A stretch of 64,000 nt of DNA from Patescibacteria group bacterium. GTDB taxonomy: Bacteria > Patescibacteriota > Patescibacteriia > Magasanikbacterales > UBA922. The stretch lies in contig JBAZIZ010000003.1 of assembly GCA_041651535.1 (NCBI GenBank), positions 83,357 to 147,356 of the forward strand, written 5' to 3'. The position numbers and the translations under genes are program-made. Each line of letters starts with the position of its first letter. The stretch's first letter is position 1. Of this stretch, positions 9,644 to 18,796 are shown in pieces. The notes below the pieces were generated by a model. The model was not told where the DNA came from and ran no database searches. It saw only the letters and a program-made list of their open reading frames with translations.

Positions 9644-9994
9644 ATGAATGAACTGGTATTTTTTTCTAATGTCTCTAAACCTACTAAAACGATTCCGGCA
9701 GAAATAGTTGCCAAAATTGTTGAAGTAGACTCTGAAGCCATTTTTTTTGTAGATGACTTCCATGCGGGTTTTGCCCGTGTCATTTATAAAAAAGATGAAA
9801 CTGTTGGATATTCTTTCATAAGTGAAAGAACAAGACAGTTGGCTTTCAATGGAATGTTTTGCAAATTTGCAAACCATTTTGACAAAAACATGGAGACTGC
9901 AGAAGTGGTTTTCTTTGATGGTTCAGAAGGAACCATCAATGTCTATGGAAAAATAGACATTACAAAAAGAAAAAAAAGAAGAAAAATTATTTAA
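9644..9994 (+). CDS. Hypothetical small protein (116 aa), probably highly expressed, basic C-terminus
   Basis: A strong Shine-Dalgarno (AAAAGGGGGAAAAG) lies immediately 5' of the ATG, with a consensus promoter upstream and a GC-rich terminator downstream. Local GC content is visibly higher than the surroundings. No family recognised. Overlapping minus-strand ORFs are judged spurious. Confidence 0.55.
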   Translation: MNELVFFSNVSKPTKTIPAEIVAKIVEVDSEAIFFVDDFHAGFARVIYKKDETVGYSFISERTRQLAFNGMFCKFANHFDKNMETAEVVFFDGSEGTINVYGKIDITKRKKRRKII

Positions 9995-10015
9995 AATATT
10001 TTTCTTGACCGTTTA

Positions 10016-10044
10016 CAGACGTCCGGAGGTGGCGTCTTTTTTTT
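10016..10044 (+). terminator. Rho-independent terminator
   Basis: CAGACGTCCGGAGGTGGCGTC: a GC stem followed by a T9 run immediately after the stop of the 9644..9994 gene. Confidence 0.6.
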
Positions 10045-10056
10045 ATACAAAAATTT

Positions 10057-11184
10057 TTAAATCTTAATCTTATTGTATTCTTCTAAAGTTTCTCTGGCTA
10101 ATTTTTCACTAGAAAAATATTTTACATGTTCGCGTGATTTTTGCTGTAATTCCATTTGTAAATCTTTATTTTGTACAAAAAATTCTATAACATCCGCAAT
10201 ATTTTGGACAGACAAAGGATCAAAATATAAAGAAGAATCAGCTAAAATTTCTGGCAAAGAACTGGCATTTGAAGATAGAACTGGAATTCCATAAAACATA
10301 GCTTCAAGCGGTGGTAAACCAAAACCTTCATATAAACTTGGGAAAATATAAGCTTCAGAATTTTCATATAAAGTTTGTAATTCTTCATCAGAAACAAAAT
10401 CAGCATAAATAATTCCTTGGCTTTTTATAAAATCTAAATTTTTTAATAAACGATCATAAAAATAATTTTTACGACCTACCAAAAGCAAATAATAATTTTC
10501 CAAATTATTTTTATCTTTAAAAATATTCCAAGCTTTAACAAGATTTTCTAAATTTTTATGTGGATACGCATTGCCCACATAAATAAAATATTTTTTATTA
10601 ACTAAATTTAATTTTTGTAAAATCTCTGGATTACTAACATTTTTTAAAACACAAAACGGCGCTTGATAGATAACTTGTATTTTTTCTGGTTTTATTTTTA
10701 AAAATTTTACAATATCACGACGACTAAAATCACTGGTTGTTAAAATTTTTTCTGCCTGGCGACAAGCACTTTGCAAAACTAAACGATGTATTTTGTCTTT
10801 AATGAAAAAAATTATTTTTGATTTAGTGGTCGCTTCTGGACGAGGAAAATGATACATAATCAAATCATGAATAGTCACAATAAATTTTTTTCGATAAAAA
10901 AAAGGAACATTAAAATGAGTAAAATGCATTAAATCTAATTTTTCTTTATATAAAATTTTTACAAATTTTGTTTGTTCAGCAAAAGAATACCAAGAAATAT
11001 CTGCTAAAACTTTACGAAAATTTTCTGCTTGAGGAATATAAGAATCAAAATTTTCTTTATTCAAAAAAATAACGTAATCATTTTTACTGTCAATTTTTTC
11101 TAAATTTTTTATGAGTTGTTCACTATAACGTCCTAGTCCGGACGAACGTGGACCATACATTCGAGCGTCTATCCCAATTTTCAT
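10057..11184 (-). CDS. Glycosyltransferase family 4 (GT-B, retaining)
   Basis: 375 aa with the C-terminal EGFGLPPLEAMFYGIPVLSSN motif (E-x7-E, GT1/GT4 signature). Confidence 0.85.
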   Translation of the reverse strand: MKIGIDARMYGPRSSGLGRYSEQLIKNLEKIDSKNDYVIFLNKENFDSYIPQAENFRKVLADISWYSFAEQTKFVKILYKEKLDLMHFTHFNVPFFYRKKFIVTIHDLIMYHFPRPEATTKSKIIFFIKDKIHRLVLQSACRQAEKILTTSDFSRRDIVKFLKIKPEKIQVIYQAPFCVLKNVSNPEILQKLNLVNKKYFIYVGNAYPHKNLENLVKAWNIFKDKNNLENYYLLLVGRKNYFYDRLLKNLDFIKSQGIIYADFVSDEELQTLYENSEAYIFPSLYEGFGLPPLEAMFYGIPVLSSNASSLPEILADSSLYFDPLSVQNIADVIEFFVQNKDLQMELQQKSREHVKYFSSEKLARETLEEYNKIKI

Positions 11185-11205
11185 ATTTTTTATTTTAGTA
11201 AAATT

Positions 11206-12351
11206 TTATTCTAAAAAAAGTAAAGTTAAAAAATTTTTAACATGATTTTCATAAGAAAAATTTTGTGATCTTTGGTATGCTTTGTTAATAAATTTTTGAC
11301 GTATTTTTTCATTATCTAACAAATTTTCAATAGCATTTTCCAGTTCATATTCATTATATGGATTAATTAAAATAGTCGTGTCTAAACTAATTTCAGGCAA
11401 AGAAGAATTATTAGTTGTAATTACTGGCACTTGTGAATTCATGGCTTCTAACACTGGCAAACCAAAGCCTTCATAAAAACTAGGATAAACAAATATTTTT
11501 GCTAAATTATACAAAGCTTTTTTATCTTCAGCTGCCACGTAAGAAATATATTTTACCCCTGAAATATTTTTTATCTTTGCAAAAATTTCTTTATTTTTCC
11601 AACCCTTTGCTCCAGCTAAAATTAAATAATATCCTCGTTGAAACAAATTAGTTTTTTTGTAAACATCCAGCAAAAGATTGATATTTTTTCTTGGTTCAAA
11701 AGTTCCTAAAAATAAAATAAAATTTTCCGGCAAATCATATTTTTTTTTCAAAATATTTTTTGTCTCTTCAGAAAATTCACGAAAAAAAATTTTTGCCAAT
11801 CCCAAATAACTAACAGAAATTTTCTTTTCTGAAATTTTGTAAATATCCATCACATCCCTTTTGGTATTTTCCGAAGGACAAATTATTTTTTCTGCTTGCT
11901 GACAAACTTTTTTTGGTTTTAATAATTTATGCCACAAACGTCTTTTTAGACAAAAAAAATGTGACATGAATTCAAAAGACAAATCATGAACAGTTAAAAT
12001 ATATTTAACATTCTTAGAAAAATTTACAAAATTTAAATTTGGTAAAAAAAACCAATCAATTTTTATGTTTTTATTTTTAATTCCTGACAAAACAAATCTA
12101 TCAAATTTGAGCAAATGACAGAAAAAAAGAAAATTCAAAATTTTATTTGGCCAATTTTTTCGTACAAAATGAACATTTGGTTTAGCCCATTCTTTTTTAA
12201 AAATATTTTCACGATGAAAATCATTATAAAAAAGCCAATATTCATTTTTTTGATCGATCTCCAGACAAGTATTTAAAAATTCTTCAGTATATTCACCAAT
12301 TCCTGTTTTTTGTTTTTGATTTAAATTTCTCAGATCAATAACAATATTCAT
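11206..12351 (-). CDS. Glycosyltransferase family 4
   Basis: 381 aa with EGFGLPVLEAMNSQVPVITTNNSSLPE. Confidence 0.85.
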   Translation of the reverse strand: MNIVIDLRNLNQKQKTGIGEYTEEFLNTCLEIDQKNEYWLFYNDFHRENIFKKEWAKPNVHFVRKNWPNKILNFLFFCHLLKFDRFVLSGIKNKNIKIDWFFLPNLNFVNFSKNVKYILTVHDLSFEFMSHFFCLKRRLWHKLLKPKKVCQQAEKIICPSENTKRDVMDIYKISEKKISVSYLGLAKIFFREFSEETKNILKKKYDLPENFILFLGTFEPRKNINLLLDVYKKTNLFQRGYYLILAGAKGWKNKEIFAKIKNISGVKYISYVAAEDKKALYNLAKIFVYPSFYEGFGLPVLEAMNSQVPVITTNNSSLPEISLDTTILINPYNEYELENAIENLLDNEKIRQKFINKAYQRSQNFSYENHVKNFLTLLFLE

Positions 12352-12362
12352 AATTCATTAAA

Positions 12363-13487
12363 TTATCTAAAATCCATCCGGCATTGATTTAATTTTTGTT
12401 TAAATATGGAAAATTTTTCTTCCACATATTTTTTTATTTTTTCTTTAAAAAATTCTTCACTAAATTTTAAAGCATAATTTCTAATTTCTTGCGGATTGTA
12501 TTTTTTATCATCAAAATTAAGCACTTTATCAAATAAAGATTCCCAGTTTTGTTGATAAAAAAATTCTCCAGTTTTTCCTGCAATTACAGTTTCTGTTGCT
12601 CCACCTTCTCCAAAAGCGATAACAGGACGACCACAAGCCATTGATTCTATTGGAGTAATTCCCAAATCTTCCACTTGCGGATGAATAAAAGCTTTGGCTT
12701 CACTCATAAGTTTTGCTTTTTCTTTATCATCAATTTTTCCTAAAAATTCAATATTATCTTTTGCAATTTTTTTTAATTTTTTTAATTCTGGGCCATCACC
12801 AAAAATTTTTAAAGGTAGACCCAAGCGATTGAAAGCTTGGATAAGCAAATCAAATCTTTTATAGGGCACAAGTCGGCCACCGCTCACAAAATAATCTTTT
12901 ATTTTTTCACTAATATAAAAATTTTCAGTTTTAACTGGTGGATAAATAATATCACTTTCACGGCGATAATATTTTTCAATACGATCTCTAACTGTATTAG
13001 AATTAGCAATAAAAAAATCAACTCGATCAATACTCATTTTATCCCAAATTCTAAGTTTGTGAATCAAACGAGGTAAAAAAGATTTTACAAATTTATTATA
13101 TTTTAAATCCGCTATATATTCATGAGTATCTGTCCATAAATAACGTGTTGGTGTATGGCAATAGCAAATATGCATAGTTTCTGGCTGAGTCAAAATTCCT
13201 TTAGAAAAAGCAGAAGTAGAAGAAATAACAATATCAAAATCACGCAAATTATATTTTTCTGTTGCCATAGGCATTAAAGGCAAATACCATTGATATTTAC
13301 TTTTTGAAAAAGGTAAACTAGCTAAAAAAGATTCATGAATTTCAGAATCAGAAAAATTTTTTATTTTTTTCTTATCATGAAATAAAACAAAAATCGGTGC
13401 TTTTGGCCAAATTTTTCGAAAAGAATCAAGCACTTTTTCTGCTCCGCCATCTTGTGATAAATAATCGTGTACTAAAGCTATTTTCAT
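12363..13487 (-). CDS. Glycosyltransferase family 4
   Basis: 374 aa with GITPIESMACGRPVIAFGEGGATETV. Confidence 0.85.
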   Translation of the reverse strand: MKIALVHDYLSQDGGAEKVLDSFRKIWPKAPIFVLFHDKKKIKNFSDSEIHESFLASLPFSKSKYQWYLPLMPMATEKYNLRDFDIVISSTSAFSKGILTQPETMHICYCHTPTRYLWTDTHEYIADLKYNKFVKSFLPRLIHKLRIWDKMSIDRVDFFIANSNTVRDRIEKYYRRESDIIYPPVKTENFYISEKIKDYFVSGGRLVPYKRFDLLIQAFNRLGLPLKIFGDGPELKKLKKIAKDNIEFLGKIDDKEKAKLMSEAKAFIHPQVEDLGITPIESMACGRPVIAFGEGGATETVIAGKTGEFFYQQNWESLFDKVLNFDDKKYNPQEIRNYALKFSEEFFKEKIKKYVEEKFSIFKQKLNQCRMDFR

Positions 13488-13500
13488 ATTTTTTTATAAC

Positions 13501-14919
13501 TTAAAGCGCTTTTCTTTTTTTAAACAAAACAAAAGGAGTTTTTATAAAAATTATTATATCTAAAAATAAACTCCAATTTTCAATATAAAAAATATCCAAT
13601 TTCATTTCTTCTTCAAAACTCAAATCACTTCGTCCAGAAATTTGTGACAAACCAGTAATTCCTGGTTTTAAAGTAAAAACTTTAGGAAAATTTTCTTTGT
13701 AATTGTCAACTTCGCGTGGTTGATGAGGACGTGGTCCAACTATACTCATCGTACCAAATAAAACATTAAAAAATTGTGGCAATTCATCAATACTTGTACG
13801 ACGAATAAATTTTCCTATTTTAGTAACACGAGGATCGTTTTGTATTTTATAAATTGGCCCGATTTTAGAATTATTTTTTGTAATCAATTCTTCTTCTTTT
13901 TTAAGTGCTTTTTCCCCTTCTTTTCCAAATTGAATTCCGGTTGAATCTTTTTGATACATTGATCTAAATTTTAAAGTGAAAAATTTTTTTTCTCTAATTC
14001 CTACTCTTTCATTTTTATAAATTATCGGTCGGCCAGTTTCAAAAAAAATTAAAACTGCCACCAAAAGCATAAGAGGTGAAGTAATAATTATAATAAAAAT
14101 ACTCATAATAACATCAAAAAATCTCTTTGCAACTCTTCCCCAAGCTTCCAAAGGTGTTTTTTTAATTTCTATTATTGGAACTCCTGCCAAAGGATTCATC
14201 ACAATATTATTTGAATATACTGAAAATAAATCAGCTGAATATTTAAAAACTAAATGATTCAGATTACAAAAATTCAAAGCTCGTAAAAATTGTTTTTCAT
14301 CTTTTTTTGAAGCTGCAAATATAATTTCATTTACTTCCAAAGATAAAATTTCCTTAGTATTTTTTTCATTAAATTCTGTTATTTTTTTGACTACTAAATA
14401 GCCAAGTTCTTTTCTTTTTTCTAAAATTTCACTCATTTTTTTTGTCATCTCATCATCACCGATGATAATCACTTTTCGCAAACCAACACCACTGCGATAT
14501 AAAATACTTTTTAAACCTCGTACAAATAAACGCCCAAAGAAAATATAAATTATTGAAAAAATATAAGTAAATAAAAATAAAAATCTTGAATCAAATAATT
14601 TTCCAGAAAATAAAATATATAAAGCAATAAAAGCCAAACAAACTGACAAAGCAAAAATAATTTTCATTAATTCAGCCGAAAATTTTCTATTTTGATTAAG
14701 AGAATATAAACCAAAAAAAGCAAAAATTAATAAAACTAAAAAAACTACGGGCATTAAAATACTTAAAAAATCAGTTAGAGTTAGTCCAAAAGACACAGAT
14801 TTTATTTTTAAAGCCCATTCGCTAAAACGAAAATAATAAGCTGAAATTCCAGCTAAAACTACCATGACAAAATCTAAAGGAACTTTTAAAATCATTAAAA
14901 AAATCTCAGATCTTTTCAT
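13501..14919 (-). CDS. Polyprenyl-phosphate glycosylphosphotransferase (bacterial sugar transferase, WbaP/CpsE-like priming enzyme)
   Basis: 472 aa with an N-terminal multi-TM region. The C-terminal catalytic domain carries the Pfam Bac_transf hallmarks ([51 protein letters not shown]). Confidence 0.85.
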   Translation of the reverse strand: MKRSEIFLMILKVPLDFVMVVLAGISAYYFRFSEWALKIKSVSFGLTLTDFLSILMPVVFLVLLIFAFFGLYSLNQNRKFSAELMKIIFALSVCLAFIALYILFSGKLFDSRFLFLFTYIFSIIYIFFGRLFVRGLKSILYRSGVGLRKVIIIGDDEMTKKMSEILEKRKELGYLVVKKITEFNEKNTKEILSLEVNEIIFAASKKDEKQFLRALNFCNLNHLVFKYSADLFSVYSNNIVMNPLAGVPIIEIKKTPLEAWGRVAKRFFDVIMSIFIIIITSPLMLLVAVLIFFETGRPIIYKNERVGIREKKFFTLKFRSMYQKDSTGIQFGKEGEKALKKEEELITKNNSKIGPIYKIQNDPRVTKIGKFIRRTSIDELPQFFNVLFGTMSIVGPRPHQPREVDNYKENFPKVFTLKPGITGLSQISGRSDLSFEEEMKLDIFYIENWSLFLDIIIFIKTPFVLFKKRKAL

Positions 14920-15126
14920 AAAAAAATAATAAAATTGTATTTAATTATCTTTATCTTATCTAAAAATGGCTAAAAAGTCAAAGAATTTATGATTTATGAT
15001 TTATCATTTTAGAATTAAATTCAGAAGAAAATTAAAAAATTAAATATAATATATTAAAATAGCTAAAATAAGCTAAAAAATAAAATAAAACTTAATTCTT
15101 AAATCTAAAATCTAGAATTGTTTAAG

Positions 15127-15155
15127 TTGACAAAATAGCTAAAATATGCTATATT
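15127..15155 (+). promoter_or_regulatory. Consensus sigma70 promoter (TTGACA, 17 nt, TATATT) for rnpB
   Basis: TTGACA at 15127..15132, a 17-nt spacer, TATATT at 15150..15155. The conserved AT-rich upstream motif lies just 5' of the -35. Confidence 0.55.
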
Positions 15156-15161
15156 TTTATA

Positions 15162-15592
15162 GTCCTGTTCATTACAAGATAATCGCTCCAGTATTTACTG
15201 GTGAGGAAAGTCCGAACTTCAACCGTTTTAACGGAAAAATAGTGGCTAATGACCACCTAGAGAAATCTACGGGAAAGTGCCACAGAGACAATACTATCCC
15301 GACCAAGTCGGGAGAAAGGTGAAAAGTAAACAGGTGTTTAAAATAAAATTTACCGACAGCAGAGTCTGCAGACTCGGTTAAATAAATTTTTTGCTACTGT
15401 TTTCATTCTATGGTGACATAGAAACGTGGTAAACCCTATTTGAAGCAAGAACAGCGTTTTTCTCGACGTTAAGTCGAGATTTTCGAAAAGATAGTTCGCT
15501 AAAATTTAATAGCAATATTAAATTAAGATAAATGATTATCATTCCGATTTAGTCGGAATCACAAAATTCGGCTTATGAAATGAACGGGATAA
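15162..15592 (+). ncRNA. rnpB: RNase P RNA (bacterial M1 RNA)
   Basis: On the plus strand: a P3 hairpin (CCAGTATTTACTGG), the P4 5' strand GAGGAAAGTCCGAAC, GGGAAAGTGCCACAGAGA, an AGGTGAAAAG (GGUGAAA-like) block, and the P4 3' strand ACAAAATTCGGCTTA. A terminal helix pairs 15162-15175 with 15580-15589. Ends are approximate. Confidence 0.7.
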
Positions 15593-15597
15593 TAAAA

Positions 15598-15623
15598 GAC
15601 AGACTGATGAAAGTCTGTTTTTT
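15598..15623 (+). terminator. Rho-independent terminator after rnpB
   Basis: ACAGACT / AGTCTGT stem with a GATGAA loop, then a T6 run. Preceded by A/T-rich sequence, so it may also serve the convergent minus-strand permease gene. Confidence 0.6.
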
Positions 15624-15637
15624 GTTTTTTAAATAAA

Positions 15638-16624
15638 TTATTTTACAAAAATATTAAATAAATAGCCAATTATAATAATATTTATAGTAGTAATACCAAA
15701 AAAATAAACTAATAATTTAATTTTCATCACCCGTTTCAAAATCAAGGCTTCAGGCAAAGATAAACCTACTGTAGCCATCATAAAAGCCATTGCGGTGCCA
15801 ATTGGAATTCCTTTTTCTACAAGCGATTCTATAATAGGAATAACACCTACAATATTGGCATATAACGGTACAGCTAAAATTGTCGCAATTGGCACGGCAA
15901 AAAAATTTTTACTTGTAATATAATGTTCAAAAAAACCAACAGGGACAAAGCTATGAATTATCGCGCCGGCACCAATACCAATAAATACATACCAAATAAT
16001 TTTTTTAGTAAAAACCCAACTTTCTTGCCAAAATATTTTTAATAATTTTTGCCAAGTTTCTTTTTTCTGTTCTATTTTTATTTTTCTACTTTTAATTTGC
16101 CAAACATAATCGGCCACATATTTTTCCAATTTTAAATTTCCAATAATAAATCCCCCAACTACACCAAGCAAAATAGCTGAAATAACATAAAAAATTGTTA
16201 TTTTCCAACCAAACAGTCCAGCAAACAAGACCACCGCCATTTGATTTACAAGTGGTGAAGTGATAAGAAATGACATTGTAACTCCGAGTGGTATTCCAGC
16301 TTCAAGAAATCCTATAAATAAAGGTATTGAGGAACAGGAACAAAAAGGTGTAATGGTCCCAAAAAAAGAACCCAAAAAATAATCAAAACCAAACCATTTT
16401 CTAGAAGCTAAAAAATTCCGTAATTTTTCTACTGGTAAATAATAGCGAACAATTGCCATAAAAAAATTTATTACCAAAAGCAAAATTATAATTTTTAGAG
16501 AATCATAAATAAAAAAATTTATTGCTAAACCTAAATGATTCGTTGGTAAAATTTTGAAAATATCATAAACTAGATAATCGGCCAATAATTGTAATGGGTA
16601 GAACATATTTTTATCTATTAACAA
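15638..16624 (-). CDS. ArsP-like permease (PF03773/DUF318 family), putative organoarsenical/metalloid efflux
   Basis: 328 aa, about 8 TM. Contains ITPFCSCSSIPLF, matching the TPFCSCSxxP motif reported for ArsP. Third gene of the arsR operon. Confidence 0.7.
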   Translation of the reverse strand: MLIDKNMFYPLQLLADYLVYDIFKILPTNHLGLAINFFIYDSLKIIILLLVINFFMAIVRYYLPVEKLRNFLASRKWFGFDYFLGSFFGTITPFCSCSSIPLFIGFLEAGIPLGVTMSFLITSPLVNQMAVVLFAGLFGWKITIFYVISAILLGVVGGFIIGNLKLEKYVADYVWQIKSRKIKIEQKKETWQKLLKIFWQESWVFTKKIIWYVFIGIGAGAIIHSFVPVGFFEHYITSKNFFAVPIATILAVPLYANIVGVIPIIESLVEKGIPIGTAMAFMMATVGLSLPEALILKRVMKIKLLVYFFGITTINIIIIGYLFNIFVK

Positions 16625-16920
16625 TGATCACAACCACAGCAACCACAACCACCGTTTTTAGTTTCTAATTCTTTTTCTTCCAAGTCTTGACCTTGCAAAA
16701 TTTCTTTTATTTCTTTTATTTCTCCGACTTTTCCACTAAAAAATAATTTTTCATCAATAACTAAAGCGGGCATCGACATAACATCGTATTTCATAATTTC
16801 AACAATGTCGGTTATTTTTTCCACATTTGCTTTAAGATCTAATTCCTCTAGAGCTTTTTTGACATTGTTTTCTAGTTTTTGACAATTTTGGCAACCGGAT
16901 CCTAAAATTTTTATATTCAT
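16618..16920 (-). CDS. Thioredoxin-fold redox-active disulfide protein with C-terminal Cys-rich tail
   Basis: 100 aa. N-terminal CxxC (GSGCQNCQ) typical of redox-active disulfide protein 2. The C-terminus ends GGCGCCGCDHC. Overlaps the permease start by 7 nt. Confidence 0.7.
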   Translation of the reverse strand: MNIKILGSGCQNCQKLENNVKKALEELDLKANVEKITDIVEIMKYDVMSMPALVIDEKLFFSGKVGEIKEIKEILQGQDLEEKELETKNGGCGCCGCDHC

Positions 16921-16925
16921 ATTTT

Positions 16926-17198
16926 TTATTTTAAAAATAAATTTAAATTAATTAATTGTTTTTTTAATTCTTTTTTATCTAATTTATAAAAAACTCTCAA
17001 ACCTTTTTTAGTTGAAATCAATAATCCTATTTTTTTTAATAGACTTAAATGATGTGAAACTAAATTTTGTGGTAAATTTAAAAAAGGCCAAATTTCACAG
17101 ACACACTTTGGCCCGTCTTTTAAAAAATAAATAATTTTTAGACGATTTTCTTCACTAATAATTTTTAAAAAATTATTTATTTCTTTTTCTTTGTTCAT
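16926..17198 (-). CDS. arsR: ArsR/SmtB-family metalloregulatory repressor
   Basis: 90 aa winged-HTH protein. A CVC motif (PKCVCEI) sits in the position of the ArsR As(III)-binding ELCVCDL site. Confidence 0.8.
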   Translation of the reverse strand: MNKEKEINNFLKIISEENRLKIIYFLKDGPKCVCEIWPFLNLPQNLVSHHLSLLKKIGLLISTKKGLRVFYKLDKKELKKQLINLNLFLK

Positions 17199-17214
17199 AT
17201 TTTTTTAAAAAAGT

Positions 17215-17234
17215 ATATCAATTATAATTGATAT
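17215..17234. promoter_or_regulatory. Perfect 20-bp palindrome ATATCAATTATAATTGATAT, putative ArsR operator overlapping a -10 box
   Basis: Perfect inverted repeat 17-36 nt upstream of the arsR ATG. It contains TATAAT on both strands. Confidence 0.5.
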
Positions 17235-17389
17235 TATAGATTAAATATAAAAATTAGACAAATAAATTTATCCACAAAAATACTACAAAAAAAACCGTCC
17301 TAAAATTAGAACGGCACAAATTAAAGCATATAAAAGTCAATAAAAAAATAACCTTTTCCAGATTATTTTTAATTTTACATTTTTTAATT

Positions 17390-17409
17390 CCTGCCTACCG
17401 GCAGGCAGG
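17390..17409. repeat. GC-rich palindrome CCTGCCTACCGGCAGGCAGG (copy 2), probable terminator downstream of tRNA-Leu
   Basis: Identical 20-mer to 4863..4882. Flank AATTCCTGCC...GGCAGGTT resembles the reverse complement of the copy-1 flank, i.e. the same hairpin in opposite orientation. Confidence 0.5.
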
Positions 17410-17436
17410 TTGAATTTTGAATTTTGAATTTATTTG

Positions 17437-17520
17437 TGCCCAAGAGAGGATTCGAACCTCCACGACCTTGCGATCGCTACCACCTCAAGGTAGTGCGTCT
17501 ACCAATTCCGCCACCTGGGC
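17437..17520 (-). tRNA. tRNA-Leu (anticodon GAG), type II with long variable arm
   Basis: Reverse complement: GCCCAGGTGGCGGAATTGGTAGACGC-ACTACC-TTGAGGT-GGTAG-(16-nt variable arm)-GGAGGTTCGAATCCTCT-CTTGGGCA. The D-arm matches bacterial tRNA-Leu. No CCA is encoded. Confidence 0.9.
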
Positions 17521-17521
17521 T

Positions 17522-18325
17522 TTAAAATTTACGTTCTTTACCGACTATCATATCAATTCTACTTTTTGCTAATTTTATAGTAATTTTTACTTCTTTTGAA
17601 GTTTTACCATCAGTTTCAACCACAAAAGGATTTTTACTAGAAACAATCATTTCTTCGAAAGGAAAAATACTTGGCATTTCAAAAATTTCTTTTCTAAATA
17701 AACCTCCTCTTACAACTGGGCGCAAAAAAGCTTCTAATTTCCCATCTTGTGGATGAATCACATATTTTTGTCCTTTACCATCAAAAACAAAAGGTTGTAA
17801 ATTACAAACGACTAATTCCATTTTTTTACTTTTACTTCTGACTCTAAAACTTTCATCATATTCTATTTCAATATCACTTGCTGGAATATGCAAACTGGAA
17901 ATAAAATATCTATTATTTACCCAACCAATATCTAATTTGATTTTTCTTCTTTTTGCCAAAACATCACATGCATCCACACCAACTGGAATTCCCAAAACTT
18001 CAGAAATATTATTATTTGCTCCTATAGGTAAAAAACCAAAGGTTATTTTACAAGAAGCAGCTCGAGACAAAACTTGACCAAAAGTTTCATCGTTGCCAAC
18101 TATCACAATATTTTTTGCACCTTTTCTAATTTCGTCTTCAACTAAAATTTCTGGATTACTATAATTTTGTAATCTAATTATTTTTCCAGCTATACCAAAA
18201 TCAGTCAATCTGGTTTCCATTGCTTTTAAGACTGATTCGTATCTTTTGTGTTTTAAGAAATTGTCGTAAAAATAAACATACATAACGGCCAAAAATAAAA
18301 TTGAAATGAAATGCGTCGATCCCAA
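17522..18325 (-). CDS. Diacylglycerol-kinase-catalytic-domain lipid kinase (YegS/BmrU family)
   Basis: 267 aa. Has IVIVGNDETFGQVL (variant of the GGDGT motif) and LPIGANNNISEVLGIP (LPxGTGND-like). Confidence 0.65.
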   Translation of the reverse strand: MGSTHFISILFLAVMYVYFYDNFLKHKRYESVLKAMETRLTDFGIAGKIIRLQNYSNPEILVEDEIRKGAKNIVIVGNDETFGQVLSRAASCKITFGFLPIGANNNISEVLGIPVGVDACDVLAKRRKIKLDIGWVNNRYFISSLHIPASDIEIEYDESFRVRSKSKKMELVVCNLQPFVFDGKGQKYVIHPQDGKLEAFLRPVVRGGLFRKEIFEMPSIFPFEEMIVSSKNPFVVETDGKTSKEVKITIKLAKSRIDMIVGKERKF

Positions 18326-18328
18326 ATT

Positions 18329-18796
18329 TTATTCTTCTTCGCCGCCTAGTTTGATTTTTGTTCTAACCATTGGTCTTTTTTTGTCAGTTTTTACACTTTC
18401 AATTTCTACATTACCCATATTTATTTTTCCTTGGATAAGAGCTCCAGCAGAAACAACCAATATTTTACAATTTATATCACCTAAAATTTTTGAAGTTTCA
18501 GTAAGTTCTAACTTTTGAGCAACTCGTACATTTCCTTTTACTTCTCCAGAAATAAGTGCGTCACCTGCTTTAACATTGGCTAAAATTTTAGCACCAGATT
18601 CTACTGTCAAAAGTCTGCCAGTTTGGACATTTCCAGAAACTGTACCTTTTACCAAAATATTTCCTTCTGAAGAAAAATCTCCTTCCACGACCACGGATGG
18701 TCCAACCACTGTTTCCACTTCGTCAATCATGGTTTCTTCGTGTTTTTTTTCTAAAACAGAATTTTCCATATGTTCATCGATATTAGATTTAAACAT
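18329..18796 (-). CDS. Bactofilin (polymer-forming cytoskeletal protein, DUF583)
   Basis: 155 aa of beta-helical repeats (VVVEGDFSSEGNILVKGTVSGNVQTGRLLTVESGAKILANVKAGDALISGEVKGNVRVAQ). Confidence 0.75.
   Translation of the reverse strand: MFKSNIDEHMENSVLEKKHEETMIDEVETVVGPSVVVEGDFSSEGNILVKGTVSGNVQTGRLLTVESGAKILANVKAGDALISGEVKGNVRVAQKLELTETSKILGDINCKILVVSAGALIQGKINMGNVEIESVKTDKKRPMVRTKIKLGGEEE

Noticed and set aside
9583-9877. Minus-strand ORFs 9583..9783 and 9626..9877 overlapping the 9644..9994 gene
   Set aside because: They lie antisense to an ORF with a strong SD, promoter and terminator. They have no signals of their own and have odd composition.
15160-15600. Considered tmRNA or SRP RNA for the structured plus-strand non-coding region between the sugar transferase and the permease
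   Set aside because: No tRNA-like 3' end (GGTTCGAATCC...CCA) and no GGAAGGAAGCAGC SRP domain IV. The GAGGAAAGTCCG, GGAAAGTGCCACAGAGA and ACAAAATTCGGCTTA blocks fit RNase P RNA instead.
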